Shown: positions 24,401 to 38,900, numbered from the stretch's first letter. The stretch is 64,000 bases of DNA from Phoronis australis (GCA_002633005.1 NMRA01000112.1:812659-876658), one strand, 5' to 3'. Notes: generated from the sequence alone by a model not told the origin. Numbers and translations are program-made.

Positions 24401-25056
24401 TACTTTTTGTCATAGTTGGCCTTGATTCCCAACACTCTGAAAAATGCTACAAAGGTGACGAGGACAGCTTCGTTCGGGTTTTAGTAAAATCGCTAGCACA
24501 AGCGGTAGTAACTGTTCTTTGGTAGATGTTAATATGGTTGCACAAACTGTCGTAACCCTTACACTGCAACAGCTTGTATCGACCTTGGTAGCAGAGATTG
24601 TCGTAATTAAGAAAACAACCTGCGTGACGTTGAGAGAAGGCGATTTTAAGCTGCATAAGCAAATGTAGTATCCAGCTTACAATATCGCTGACGGACGACA
24701 ACAAAACAACGTTTTGCATCATTTATGTCAGTCTTCACTGTCAATTTTTATACGCTGTTTGTCAATTCCCAAGCCTTTATATTGAAACCATATCCGCAAA
24801 CATCGCACTCATATAAGCCAACCCTTGGACTATTGTCTTTCGTCAAAAGTAACATCTTCATTCATCATCTGTAAATTGCTTACGATATCAAACCCTTAAA
24901 TATTGTGGCTGGCAGGGGTATATCCGTGTTGTTGCATCTGTCGCACGAGTTTCCCACTCTCCGATCGTCGGCCATTTGCTTGGGAGCAGAACCATCCTTC
25001 AGCCAATAATTCTGCAACCCTTTACAGAACATAAATGCGTCATTACGATCATATTG

Positions 25057-25480
25057 CCACCACTACTACCACCAGCATCATTATCACCATCAGCATAATC
25101 ATCGTTATCATAGCCATCACTCTCACCACTACCAAGACTATCAGTGTCAGCATCACCACCCCCCCACCACCACCATCACCCCCACCATCACCATCACCAT
25201 CACCATCATCAAAACCGATACCATCATAATCATGACCATTGTCACCATCATCTCCATCATCGTCATCACTAAAGCCACCATAATCATCACACCACCTCCA
25301 ACAACAATATTATCATCGCCATCGCCATCTTTCTAAAACGATTATGACTATCACAAAAACCATAACTATCATCACCACCCGCTATCACCGTCACCATTAT
25401 CACCATAATCACCGACTTTACCACAATAACCAACACCACTGTCACTTTCACCGCCATCTGAGCTCCTGTCATCCCCACCA
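25057..25480. repeat. Degenerate (CAT/CAC)n trinucleotide low-complexity tract
   Basis: Long run of CAT/CAC/CAA triplets; produces spurious Ile/Thr/Pro/Ser ORFs. Confidence 0.9.
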
Positions 25481-28456
25481 TGGTTATTGCAATAGCTTTC
25501 GAAAATGAAAAATGAGCCATTTGTGAATCAGTCACCAAAAATTTTGATAACAATACAGTGTACTTTGAAATCATTCAAGTAAAAAATTGACTGAATTGCA
25601 TTTCAAGCAAAGGGGCTGTGTTGAAACGAATGGACGCACACTTAATTTTCAAATTATCAAAACCAATTTGGATTAAGCACACGATGTTGTAATACATTGA
25701 AGCTAGGCTAAATTAAAGCTATCGAAAAATAAAACGAATGCTGCAAGCTTTGTAATCTAAAAGTAGAAGACATAATTTCAAAAAGACGGACTCGCTGCGT
25801 TGGATAGAAGAATTTTCTAATATTTTTTCCTACTGCTTGCTGAACTGTCACTCCTTTAGTCGTCGTATCTAAATCCCCGCGTAGCTTGGAATTGTGCGAG
25901 AACAGCTTTTAAAACAAAACAAAATGCACGCAATAGAGTGGGAAACCCCTACTGTTGCGTACCTGTGCAATAATTCACTAACTGCAGGACTGAATAAGAA
26001 CATTAACCCGATTAATAGTTTACCATCAGAGAGGATGCAATCGGATTCTGCGTTTCATACAGCAATTTAGGCCGGCTAGATGTAGCAATGTAATACTGTG
26101 TTTACACGAGACGTTTAACATAGAACAAACTGACGTACAGTGACAACGTTAGCTCCGATTGAGTTAATCCTTTCAGAACGGGGTCTAGAACGAAGCAGTC
26201 GGAAACGAAACCGCTTTACGAGTGCACGGATAAGATTTGCACACTTCCCCTCACCACAGCTTCAGACGAGCAGTTAACACGACACCACATTGTCGCGTTC
26301 AACTTGTACCACTTGAAAAGGGATTTCAAGATGACACTGCAGTATGACACTATTGTTTTTATCGACTCTATGTCAAAATCAAGGCTTCTCCTTGGTTCTT
26401 CCTGAAATTGGAATAATTTTTTTTTTGTCTCGGGAAGAACTGGCGGATCGTTGTTTCTGGAGACCAGGTTCAGTTAGGTGTTTATACCGCGCTGCTCATT
26501 CCTCGCGACGAGCAGGCTACAATCAATAACGGAGTGTTAGTTATTCGAAATTATTGTCGCCTCACTCTGATATAAAGTAAAGGAACATCGTATTATCGTT
26601 TACAAGTGAGTGACATGGTACTGTCATGTTGAAATAACTGAAAGAACTGAGTTTTAGAGACTCCCTGACGTTTGGCCTTCTTCCTTATAACACATCGGTT
26701 CACGATCGATGCCGAAGATCAATGTCATGCCTAAACTCGGGTAGAAAAACATTATTTTCGTATTTTTTCGGAAACTGAAGCATAGAGACATTTTTGCAAA
26801 AGTTATTGGAATGGCAATCACCGTAGATACATTCTTGATTATGTGCATTGTTTTGTATGTTATTGTATTGCATTGCACAGCAATTGGAGATACACGACTA
26901 CAACTTTTCTTCTTAGGTATCTTTTCATTTAACTTTCACAGAAAATTGGTATGGAAATGCTTTTACATAATTTATCTACCTATATGGGGAAACGTGGGTG
27001 GCAAATTTCCTCCAAACGCGTGTTGCTAAATTCCACGCCGCATTGTACCGTTACCTAACTGCTGTTTGTGTATTTTAGTTGTACTTAAACACCAAGCCTC
27101 ATTACGTCTTTACAAATCTTGTGGTACATGTATACTGCTCGTGTGGCAGTACTAATATGCAGCCCCTACAAGTCAGTTTGAGAAAACGTCAATGAAAGTG
27201 GTCAAAGAGAAGGCTTGGCGTTCAATAAAAATAAACTAAAATAAGATAGGACCTCGCTTGAAAAGCAAGACTTCGCGCGATTACGCGAGATATTGCAACG
27301 TATTTTAAATGAGAGCAAGTGATTTTGACTAGATTTTTATGGTCGTGGGTTACCTACTGAACTCTATCCAGGTTTTTAAGAGAACCGCGTGCAATTGACA
27401 AAAATAACGAGCTCAGCTGAGCGTCTTTAAACAATTACTAACTTCCACGGAGAAATGCGAAAATCATGCAGGTTTCTTTGATTGTAATCAAACCTCATGA
27501 TCGCTCACATATAAAAACATTATAAAAGGTTTATACAGTCTCAGTTATTGAGCTTTTAGTTATAATTACTATGTTAGCCTTCAACAGTTCAAAGCCTTTC
27601 TCTTCGTTATATCCACAAACAGGTTTATGGGCATGCTGACCACCAGCCCTACAAACGCGACGAAAAAAAGCAGTAGGGTCGGCATCCCATTTTTAAAGCT
27701 TGCACGGACATCTTCCCTTCGAAAATTATGGTCGAACCCTCCATATAGCGGTGACACCAGAATATCAAATTAAATGGTTTTCGCATTCTCATCCTCATCG
27801 AGGGTGACTTTTTAGATGATGACATTTCTCAAGAACACTGCCCAACGTGAAAGCAGTTTAGTCCCCCCATCTTACAAGCCACAATACATGTACAAATACT
27901 ACATCTCTTGTGATCACCACTCACAATGGTTCCTCAAACAATGTCCACTGAATCAGAAATCCATAATTCATACTTTAAAAATACCTGCAGCATTTTGTAA
28001 ACTGTACTTTATGTGTTTAGTCGCTACTGAATGATGGCCACTTACAGTGTTACTGAACTTTAATGGAGTTACTAAGCGGTTCGCCTCACAACACTTCAGC
28101 CACAGGCATGACAGATGCGAATATGTTCCATCGATAACAAATCACACAAAATTATTTTACAATTTTCACGATCTGTTTTAATTAATGTAGTGAATCGTAA
28201 TCAGAATCAGACATGTTTACTCTCTGTATGAAGATCTTGGCCACATGATACAATTGGCAATACAACATTACAATGATAATAGTTCAGCTCTCTGCAGTCT
28301 GTTGCTCTTGAAATATATAGCGCCAGGCTAATTCGCAAGGGTCATGATTTCAAAGCATTAATTTAAGCTAACCAGCTAAAGACGAGCGACGGTCAGCAGC
28401 ACCAACATCGCAGTTTACAATTATTAACGTTACAATATGGATGGCGCAAAATAGAA

Positions 28457-28548
28457 GGCTATAGCCCACACTTTTTTCAATGCTGCGCCACCCATGGTCT
28501 ATGGGCGGCGCACCACAGGGGGGCTGGGGGATGGGTTGGCTATAGTCC
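28457..28548 (-). repeat. Short GC-rich interspersed repeat, inverted relative to the copy at 31866-31985
   Basis: The core GCTGCGCC(A)CCCATGGTCTATGGGCGG is the reverse complement of CCGCCCATAGACCATGGGCGGCGCAGC at about 31915-31941. Confidence 0.7.
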
Positions 28549-31500
28549 CCTTTATTGTTAGTGCCCATGTACAAGTAAGTAAGGAAAGAAGGTACTGCAT
28601 TGTCTGTCATTTTCGTCAGCAAATTTCGTCATGTTATCATGCAGAACAGGTCAATGACATATACAATGAAGCTGGTCATTAATCTGATCAATGTTGCAGA
28701 TGTCACAAATCTTTCACTCTCGAGTAAACCTGCCTACCGCCTTGCTTCATTATAAAGATTGTGCAGTGAGCACCAAATGAAGTGAGTATTTTCCTCAGCT
28801 AGGGATCTCAATAGTAAACGATACACTTCAGTTTTGTTTTGAAAGTACAATGAAATTGATATTTTCGAATTTCAATTACAGAATGGCAATTTTGAACTTC
28901 ACGAAATTCTGATAGAAGTAAATCATTATTACTTAGTCCATATAACCATACCTCTCCAAGCCTGTAAATGTAGAGAAGCATCTTCACAGAATTAAACTGA
29001 ATGAACATTGTTTTCTCTAAAAACTGCGTTTAACTATTGCGGGGAGCTTTTTTAAAAATGGAGCATGCCAAATTGCTTTTAAGAAATCGTATCGCGCAGT
29101 TAGCGATAAAAAACAACACGCTTAACACTATCAAACTTCGGCGCCTTTAATGATGCTTGTGGTTTTTCAGAATATCTAAGCAAAAGCAACAACGTAGAGA
29201 CAGACATCAACACTTTTATGGAAAATGGAACGCGACACTCCTCCATACTCACCACCAAAACACCTCAGACCACAAACTTTCGTTTGCCCGGAACGTCAGC
29301 AGAGATTCCTGTTACCGTTACCGTAATATCCTGAAATGTTGACTTTTTGTCGTTTATTCTGTAACAATGATATGGCCAAGTTGTGATAGTAAACAACGTC
29401 TTGTTTATGTCACCGGCCAAATGCCTTTTTTGCGATATCTCCGTGAGAAATAATCGAATGTGTTCTAGATAGTTCTCTGCAACGTCTAAGAGTCTAACAT
29501 GTTTTAGTACTCATATTAGATCACGTGCATTTTATGAATAACATTCAGTGTAAGCTTTTCTAACATACATGATTGTTATATAGTCCATCAGGATTCCATG
29601 CAAAACAAATTCAATTAAACGTTATTCACACGACAAACTAATATTAAGGGTGTATGTTAGGAACGCAAACGTTGATTGAAATGAGTCGAGTGGCGACAGA
29701 AGCATTATTTCAAAACTGTTTATTTGTGAAACCAAAGAAACGGATTGTGATTTGTGATTAACGTCTCAAAGAAACACAGTTTATTGAAAATTGAAAAGCA
29801 TCATGCCATTAAATTTGGTTCGTAGAAATGCGTAATATTTTTTCTCTGACGAACAAACACTTATAATTGCAAATTTCTCTAGCGACTCATCAATTGGATT
29901 CCCTCAAGGTGTCATGCCTAGAACGTAATTCTAGAATTTGTTATTTTCCTAAAACTGATATATTTTCATGTGCGTAAAATTAAAAATCTTCTTAATGGAA
30001 TGGCTTAGGGCTAACGCAACCAAGTTGTTTTTCTTGCTGTCTTAAATGTGTTAAAATCAGTATGATATACCTTGATGCATTGTCATCTCAGGTGGTTGTA
30101 AATTCCTGATGCTTGCAATGTAACCAAAGTTTTGTAACAGCAAACAGCATTACAAGGTGAGAGCTGCTTTCATTCATAACAGCAGGTCCTGATTCGACAT
30201 TTTGATCCCACGTTTACAGTTCAACAGAGTTTGTTAAGATTGATAACAGCGGCGTGAAATGATAGCAATCGGAAGGACAAGGTGTGCCCGGGGCACCAAG
30301 GCGATTGAGAAACATTAGCAGTCGGAGGTATCAGATTTGAGGTCGGCGAATTACACGTGTTTCATAAATGTTTAACAGAAATTAGTCATATTTAAGCTAA
30401 TCTCGTCATCCCAGGGTCCATGTAACGTTCGTAACAATCGTGTTATGTTTTTCTACGACAGACGAATAAGATACGTAAAAGTTTCCTAAAGGTTAAGTGG
30501 ATTGGCCTTCATTTACCAACACGTTTTTATGCACTGATTGACTTTCGCCTGCTAAGCATTACACGCACAGGAGTCGTACAGTACCAGTGATTAGCTGGCT
30601 CAAGACGAAAGGTTACAAGGCCTGGCCATGCATTGTGTCGAACCATTTTCTGTTTACTAGCCCCATCCCAGCGAACTACCGCTCATAGTAACGTTTCCAA
30701 ATTGTTACAAATTATAGACATTGGTAAATAATTTCATTAGTGAGTCAGTCTGTAGATGAAATACTTGCAAGCATACATGTACATACTGTAGCTGTGTCGT
30801 ATGGGTTATTCAGTTGAAAGCGACTAATAATCTTAGTTTTTTCGACGGAAGGCTCGAGTTTATAGCCGCTTTAAAAATCATTATATTGCTGTATGCTGTG
30901 TTTCACAGTATCAAACCTTTGTGATGTTAGCGGCAACACTTTGTAGGCCACCTTATATAAATATTTTAGCCACAAGGTATTGTGGTAGAAGCACACTCAT
31001 TCAGTTGCCTCCCCTCCAGGTATTTTACTGTGACCAACAATTATCTTAAATCATAGCCGGTAATAAAATAATAAAGTTAGTGTAGTATCATAATACTTCA
31101 CAAAAATACAGAGAAAAAATACACTAGCAAATTGAAACAGCAAAATTGTTCATAGTAACATAATGTAGATATATGGTGACGATGGTCCAAACTTGGTGTA
31201 AATACAATACTTTACGGTAGATTCATAGGCAAAATTTGTTTCAATCAAACACCAAATCTCTTTGGCTAATCTAATTACACTCCATTTGAATATCATATTG
31301 AACCCTTTCGGCATTGTGGGTGGCTTATCACTCCCTAGATAAACAAGACGAAATATTTCTTTTTAAACTGTGCCCCCTTGAGTCATATATTTATAAGTAG
31401 AGTAATTTCCTAAAAGCCTACAAGCACCCTTAGATGTGATTGCTATGCGTATGGAGTGCTTGCTAAAGAATAAAAATTGCTCATAATTGCCTGAAATAAA

Positions 31501-31865
31501 AAAGCATTTTGTTGATCAAAGGTTTCCTTATGACATCTATTGCTGAAATAATTAATGCGTTATTGGAACTATTAGCAAATTTTAAGTCAAAACAAACCTG
31601 TTGGAAAGTCAGCTTGAACAAATTTACTTTCAAAAGGCAAACATTTCTATTGTGTTGCGTTAATCTAGAAAACAATTGATTGTTCAGCTGTTTTAAGAAA
31701 GAATTAAGTTTCTTTATCGAAATAATGTTCTATTATTTTATAAAATGTTACCCCAGCCACATATGCGATGCAAGTAAAACCGTGTCTTTACTATTTCCCG
31801 AAGTATTAATTGAACAAACGTTATTTCAACCGGTTGTGTATTGAGCCAAATTTCCACGTGGGGAA

Positions 31866-31985
31866 CAGCACTGAAGAAAGTGGAGGCTGTAGACCCCAGC
31901 CCCACTGTGGTGTACCGCCCATAGACCATGGGCGGCGCAGCACTGAAGAAACGTTGTGGGTTAGAGCCCCCCCCCAGCCCCGCCC
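31866..31985 (+). repeat. Short GC-rich interspersed repeat with an internal direct repeat CAGCACTGAAGAAA
   Basis: Homologous to 28457-28548; CAGCACTGAAGAAA occurs twice. Confidence 0.7.
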
Positions 31986-32343
31986 GTGCTTTGCTAGGCT
32001 ATTACGAAAATACCAAGGACCGTTTTATCTAAGGTAGGAATACATGTGCCCTCCTACACCAAAGACGGTCGTTGCGAACGTGACGTTGCGTTTTTATCAG
32101 AGCAATGCGTTGCAAGTCACGCCACTGAAATATGTGCATATTAAAATCGGTGTGTCTATCGTCTCAGCTAAGACTGGAATTAAGATCTTGATAAAATTTC
32201 TTTAGTACCTTTTTCGTCGTACAGAACGGCGAGAAACACGAATTCCGAAGTTCGCACGATTCAATTAAGTAAATTTTGCATCAGCAACACATACACGTGT
32301 GCGTAGTGTACGTATTCAGTTCAAGACCAAGGAAATGAAAGAT

Positions 32344-32707
32344 CGGAAGTGGGGCGGAGTTCACAACAAAGCTGTCACAAGTGTAAATGGCACGAGTATG
32401 TCGAGTACACATGTATTCCAATCGTGTGGTGGATACATGTATTCCAATCGTGTGGTGGATACATGGAGACCAATCGAGTGTTGATGAAATAATAAACAGT
32501 CGTTAATTAATTTCACGGTCAACTCGACTAATTGAATGATGATCAATGGACCTGGACTGTAATGACATGATTAAACCGGTCAAACCGCCAATAATAGAAG
32601 TCTTCAGTTCACTGAGTGGTTTGCTGTTCAGTACATGCAGGCTTACAACGACCAAGCAGCGAAGCCTTGCCAGGGATTGATTCGACGTTTCGCGCATGCG
32701 CGTCGAA
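32344..32707. promoter_or_regulatory. Putative promoter of the beta-type gene: ETS site, GC box, three CCAAT boxes, NRF1-like palindrome
   Basis: CGGAAGT 32344-32350 abuts GGGGCGGAG 32351-32359; CCAAT at 32418, 32444 and 32470; CGCGCATGCGCG at 32691-32702. All lie 160-520 bp upstream of the ATG at 32863. Confidence 0.55.
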
Positions 32708-32862
32708 ATGCCAACAAACGTGAAGTGGGTTTGCCGCGGATTAGTGAAAAGATGAATAACTTACGAATAGGGCTTGTAGTCGCAACAGACAGGAATACGA
32801 CAGCGTTGTGAGAAAAAAGATTGTGAAAGAACAAGAGTGTTTAAGACTTGGATTTATCCGTC

Positions 32863-32915
32863 ATGAAATGGCTGAAATTTCTTACAGTCCTGGCGCTCAG
32901 TACTGATCTCCTAAG
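32863..32915 (+). CDS. LCCH3: Beta-type gene, probable first coding (signal peptide) exon
   Basis: ATG AAA TGG...CTA AG|gtagg encodes MKWLKFLTVLALSTDLL; the phase-2 end matches the 33847 exon. Confidence 0.7.
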
Positions 32916-35900
32916 GTAGGCTGTGAATATTTGAATAAGCTAGACGGTTTTTTCATGAGAACAGGACAGATGTTACATAGAGATCAGAATATCTATTTAA
33001 TGACTCCCTCTTAATAGTATTGTCTGTGCATTTTGTCATGTAATTAGCATAGTTTTTAATAATGCAAAATATCATCCAAGAAATAATTGACATGTGGTAT
33101 TACTAAGAGTTCCGATGAGTATGTTAAGTGTCCTTAATCAACGCTGGCGTTGTTTAGGTTGAGATACACCGGTGACGGTTAAATGTAAAATATCCCAGAG
33201 ACGATTGCTTGACGGAATCATCAGACGATTGTATTAATTCCATTAATGTGTTTGAATAGTCGTGGTACAATGAATTCTAGTCACTAGAGAATGATCAATT
33301 CTCTTGTTATTGACTTCGATATTTCTCTGGCTAGCCAGAATGCCTGCATTATTATTTTCAACACGTATTAGAGTAAATGGGTTTTAAATACATTCAGAAG
33401 AAAAACCTACCTCTCACATTACGTGTTACCATGGCAATGGGAATTTGTTTGTAACCTGAAGCATAATTTGAGCGTAGTATTCTACTTTACAATTATTTCT
33501 TGATACGTAACAGCAAATGCAGTAGATTTCATTCCTACGCGTGCATTCGCGAATGGTCAGTTCAACGTCCTGCAGGAAAACGTTTGGTAATCTAATGCCA
33601 CTCATTACTCTAAAATAGACCAGCAGGACGCTATGGTGACGTCATCCAAACGACACTTATTTTCTGTAGTTCTGGTGATATGACCAGCTATTTTTTGAGG
33701 TATTTGTCTGTTTTTGTCTGACAGGCTGTAAAGCCAGTTGCTGCCGGCAAAATGCAAACCAATACACGTGTGAGCCAATGGTCATTCGCAGGAGCCTTTT
33801 CCAACAACGTTTAAAAACTTTATAATTATGACTTTAAATATTTCAGCGGTTCCGGAGACCATTTGAGAAATGTATCGCAGACTATAAAGAAATTAATGGA
33901 TGGTTATGACATTCGACTTAGGCCGTCATTCGGTGGTGAGTAAAGCTTTTATTGACTTAAAAGCTGATGACAACTTTGACTGCTGATACTTATGTTGATG
34001 AGTTGTGAATTTTACCATGCCGTATCCCTAGTGGTCAGGTTTTTCATAAGTTCGCACTACATCACACTTTCACCCAAGTTTGAATTTAAATACAAACTTG
34101 AATTGTGCAATTTCTGTACTCCACGCTATTAAGTATGACGTCTGTAAACAAGGTTACATGAATTTGCTTAAACAGTTAACATTTTCACTGCGTAAGTATT
34201 AACTTCTTATACCCTGTTGATTGTAACCACTTCCCAGTCATGGGCTTTCCATATTTTACATATGTTAGTAACTAGTTGGAAACTGGAAAGAATGTCGTCC
34301 AGGGCTCAGTACTTTGCCACCGGACCTCAGTATCTCTACGTGTGGGCTAATTACGCAACTGATTAGCAATTCTTGGCTACACGAGATACTAACTAATTCG
34401 TTGTGTTTGGGTGACCAGACATGTATATTTCTCCAAGTCTTGTACAGTGACAATATTCCAGTTTAGCCACAACCTAATTGCTTACATTTATAATATACCA
34501 CGTACATAGTCGTATATAATAACATCGCCGCGTCCGGCTGACGAATTATAAGCCGTATTGCAAATTGATCAGTTCCAGCTCCTTCAGGAGCGCCACTCAA
34601 TGACAGGTGTACATGTATGAGATGGTTATTATGTAGCCCTGGTTGTGCAATTCCTGGCTGTGTTCCGTGAACATAACTTTGAAGCAAACTGTTGGAAGTA
34701 CTGAATGAACTGAATTCGATGATTTAAACATCTACTTATGTACGGTCAATAATATGCCAGTAATATTGCTGCGCTCTCGAGATGTCACATTTCCCCATTG
34801 AAGACAAGTGTCCAATGTTTTCATTTGCCATGATCACAAAAATGGAGTCGACAATGAAATAAGCCATGCTCACTTTTTCGTTTTTTGTTAAATTGTAAAC
34901 AGAATGGAGCTCATTGATGTCTTTCTATTTTTATACCTTACTCTGAAGATGTCTACTTTCACACGCCGTTTTGGCACACCGGAATCATTTTAAAGAAACG
35001 TACTCTACTCTAACGAGGTTGCAGTCGCCGTAGCACACGATAAGTACACTGTGAAATTAAAACGACTGTTGACACTAACACAGTCTCTTTTGGGTTGTGG
35101 TTGTCACGTTTTTGTGACCTACATTTCTATTCATTTCATTCAGCGCTTCACGGCAACAGGAAGTCCGGCAACTAAGAGTTTCTGAATTGGTAAAAAATGG
35201 AAACGTAAAGCTTTATACGGATATTTGTATGCGTAATAATTAAATGCTTATTGAACTGATTTGTTCGACTCGTTCTCAGCATGTATGCGGTTGTTAACAT
35301 GGAGTCGAACTATAAATACTATGCTTCTGAGACTATCGCAACTGAGTGAATATATTCCCTGAACACAAGTTTCTATCCTGAGAACATTTCTCCTATTGAA
35401 AATTGATTATGAGATGTAGAAACCATTTTAGGAATGAACGATCGTTCTGGCTCTGTGTCGAAGTTTGTTTTTCGGTATCCGGTGCTTGGACAAGTTTTCG
35501 TTATCAATGACGTGCACGGCGGAGGTGTGAGCACATTTAGAGGGTTGGCTAACCTAATTTTGAATAACCGTGACTATTCTTGCAACTCCTAATTGCGATC
35601 CGAAATGATACATCAACATTTTGTTTTAAACTTTCAAAAACGTTTGAAGCAATTTATTCATACCTACCGTTTTTAAGACAAGTCTATTACGTCCAGCTCA
35701 TTGACTGAGAGCATGCCGTGGTCCAGAGCTTCAGAGTAACTGCTCCGCCAGACAAATCACTCACAAGTTGCTTGTAGGCTTACAGTGCATTAACTTTGGT
35801 AAAACAAAGAGAAGGTACATTTTTAAGGTGTGAGCCAAATGCAAACACTGCCTTCAGGCGAGACATATGTTCAAATATTCATAAATTTGTGACCTCCTCC

Positions 35901-38900
35901 ACCGACTGAATTTACTATACACAAATTGTTGTTACAGACATAATCTGTGGCGTAAAGATGTGAGGTGGATTATGTTGGCCCAATTTTTGTTTTTTTGCTT
36001 CGAAATGGAAAACGTATTTATGAATTGGTATAAACAGTTTTGACTGTTATTGATTGATAATTAGTACGTGGCTGTCGTGGATGAGGACGGAATATTAGAT
36101 TTTTGAGTGACTATGATGGTGACGGCAACGATGAGTCTGGCGATGTTGTTGAGGATAGTGCGAACACAACTGCCAGCACCCGCACGATAGCGTCAAGGAC
36201 GACGTTGATGACCATGGCAACGACGATGGCGATGATGATGTTAGTGAAGTCGACAATGTTGATAATAATGATGACAATGATTATGATGATGATGATGATG
36301 ATCATGATGATGACGACGACGATGCTTTAAAAACTTACGATGACTACACAGATGATGACGACAATTACAGTGACAGTGACGATAAAGTGAGGATGGCTAT
36401 TATGATGGGATTTCGCCCTGGTCAGCTGTAATGACGATGGCAATGAGTATGTACGGTCTTGGATTGTGTTGAATTTATCACCTCCAGTTCCATCGATCTG
36501 TTGGTTATACTCAGACATGTGGTTGTCATGTCTGTCTGAAGAGTATGCATTTAACAAGGAAATTGCCAAATTACTTTCTGTTGAACTAACAAAATTAATT
36601 TAATGGCGTGTTAGTATCAACACGTTCTACGCAAATACTCTTTCGGGCTGGGGGGTATTCGGTTGTGTTTTCTGTGAGGACATGAAGCCATGTTTATTGA
36701 GGCAACTTCGCTGGATCATTGTATATAACTGAATTACGCAGTTCTAAGTTTATATGTCACGCACATTAGGTGGCGCTATACATAACTATCAAACGGCAGC
36801 TGAATGATATTTATGGTGATGATGGCGGCTGGTACAATAACTACTTCTGCGTCTGGAACTAGTTTTCAATTTTTATAAAGCTATTTAAAAGAGTCTGTGC
36901 AAATAATCTCATTCTTGAGACAATCTTTCCTTGTCCCGACGTGGACTTCTTGTTGGCATTTAAGTTATATATGCAGACATAAACATACAATTTTTAGGGT
37001 TATATATTCGATTCAATGCGACTCGTGTGAATCGCCAGATTCAAGAATCGTAAGGTGAATTCTCAGAGAAAACTGATAAAACTTATCTCAGAAGCGCCGC
37101 CGCACGAAGTTCCTGGTTTGCGTTTTCTGTGGCATGTGTCAAGACAATCCATCATGACTGAGGCAAACATTCCTGAAAATATAAGACATGATTGAAGAGA
37201 GTAAAGGGGCAACTTTGGATTTAGAACACTTATTGTTATGAACTCGGTCTTATCACGCCGCCTATCAAATTAAAAATTAGTTCTGTGTTAGAGACTAGAA
37301 CTAACAAGTCTATATTGATTCTGACCAGCTGTCGCTCACTGCGTCGTTCATTTTAGGTGGTGGTACATCCCCAAAAAATTCAATTTAGAAATAATTGAAG
37401 TTGTGTTGAGTGAGCTTTATTTTTGCTAAGGTTTCGATTGAACTAACTTGCGTGAAAGTCAATTTACAAAGTTTCTAACGAAAAAGATGCGGAAAAGGTA
37501 TTTTTAAGATGTATCAAGCAAATTATTTCATTCATGTTCCGTTTGGCATTCCTACTGCAAGTAGTCTCAAATCCAGAAATAAACCATCAGAAGAAGAATG
37601 GCTGTGCAATTTACAAGCCACCTCTAACTAAAATAATGCTGGAAGGCTTTTCGGAAACAAGTTGATTTCCTAACACGATGTCAGTTCTATGTTTTGTATA
37701 ACATGGTTGTGAAATTTGATGGTGCGCGCAATTATCAAACGCTAAAAATAACAAAAACTGAAAGCAAATCATCTGTTTTAAAGCTGTAGAATCTGTTATT
37801 TGAAATAAAAGGGCATATTTAGATGCTTTATAAGCTAGCCAGCTAGCCAATGCCTTGAATAACGATTGCGGCAAACTGTGTCGAGCACCCTAATCGGAAT
37901 ATCAAACATATTGTCGAACGATATTTAATTCTTTGGCATATTTCTTAGCGCACGGGAAAATACCAACAAGACAAAATGTATTTATGTCACTTATGTTATT
38001 TCACACACGGAGGCACGAAAACAACTCTTAAATGATAATCATAAGCTAAATGCAGTGACGAATCGTCGTTTTATTTGTATGTGCAGTGTGGATATATACG
38101 TTTGTCCCGGGCGCGTCCCGTAGACACATGGCACTCTATAGTAATGGTAGTGTGGCCACGTTCATCGCTTGTAATACATGCTGATAACCCACGAAGACAC
38201 GCGTGATTTTGCACTTCTCGAAACAGAGCCCTGATACGCACGTGACACTGGCGAACAGATCTACGTAGCACGGGGACCACAATTTCCGATGGATAGCGTC
38301 CGAGCAAGCCTTAAAAACGGCATGGTAATCGAGCTTTGTGTGTGTCCGTCCTTTATCCGGGTAGTATGCCTACACCCGCTTGCTCCCCATCCTCTGTTAT
38401 GTTCCCCTAAATCCGCTTACGCTTTTATGTTCTTAGAGCAATAACCTGTCCTTCTCTAATCTTGAAACAATTTTACAATCAACCACTCAGTTTCCACATT
38501 ACAGGCTGTTTATGATTAGAATACTTAATTTTGAATCGATTTCGACACCAGCCCTTTTAATAATTACGACGTTCTGTTTATTGCTCTATGGATTGTAAAA
38601 TATTGCCGTTTTGTCATGAATTAATGAATTTATCGAGCACGAGTTCTTTAGGGAATATCATAAGAAACGAATTAGTTTCCCTTCAAATTATAGTTAGCAG
38701 GACTAAGAACTGGTACATGTACGTGAATGGGGGTAGGTTTCCAACACACAATGCAGTGGATACATAAGTATTAATATTGTGCTTTATTGATTGGTCCAGT
38801 ACATGAAACGTGGGAAGACAGGAACCCAATATCCAAACTCGCCGAACTCCAAATCCAACATAGATTGTGAGGTGTTGTGTCTTGCATTGTTATGAACTCG

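Noticed and set aside
12837-32862. A third protein-coding gene or REST/RE1 silencer site between the two receptor genes
   Set aside because: ORFs such as 23668-23910 and 21935-22156 show no recognisable domain or exon chain, and no good match to TTCAGCACCnnGGACAG was noticed. A non-coding exon cannot be excluded.
33575-33775. Possible small extra exons between beta exons 1 and 2 (acceptor tttttgtctgacag at about 33724)
   Set aside because: In the phase required after exon 1 the segment reads CTG TAA (stop). It works only by invoking an 11-nt microexon and a weak donor, whereas the direct 32915 to 33847 join is already in frame.
36095-36330. Acidic, poly-Met or poly-Ile ORFs (also at 25035-25574, 41810-42124, 43759-43965)
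   Set aside because: Produced by degenerate trinucleotide repeats; no splice or homology support.
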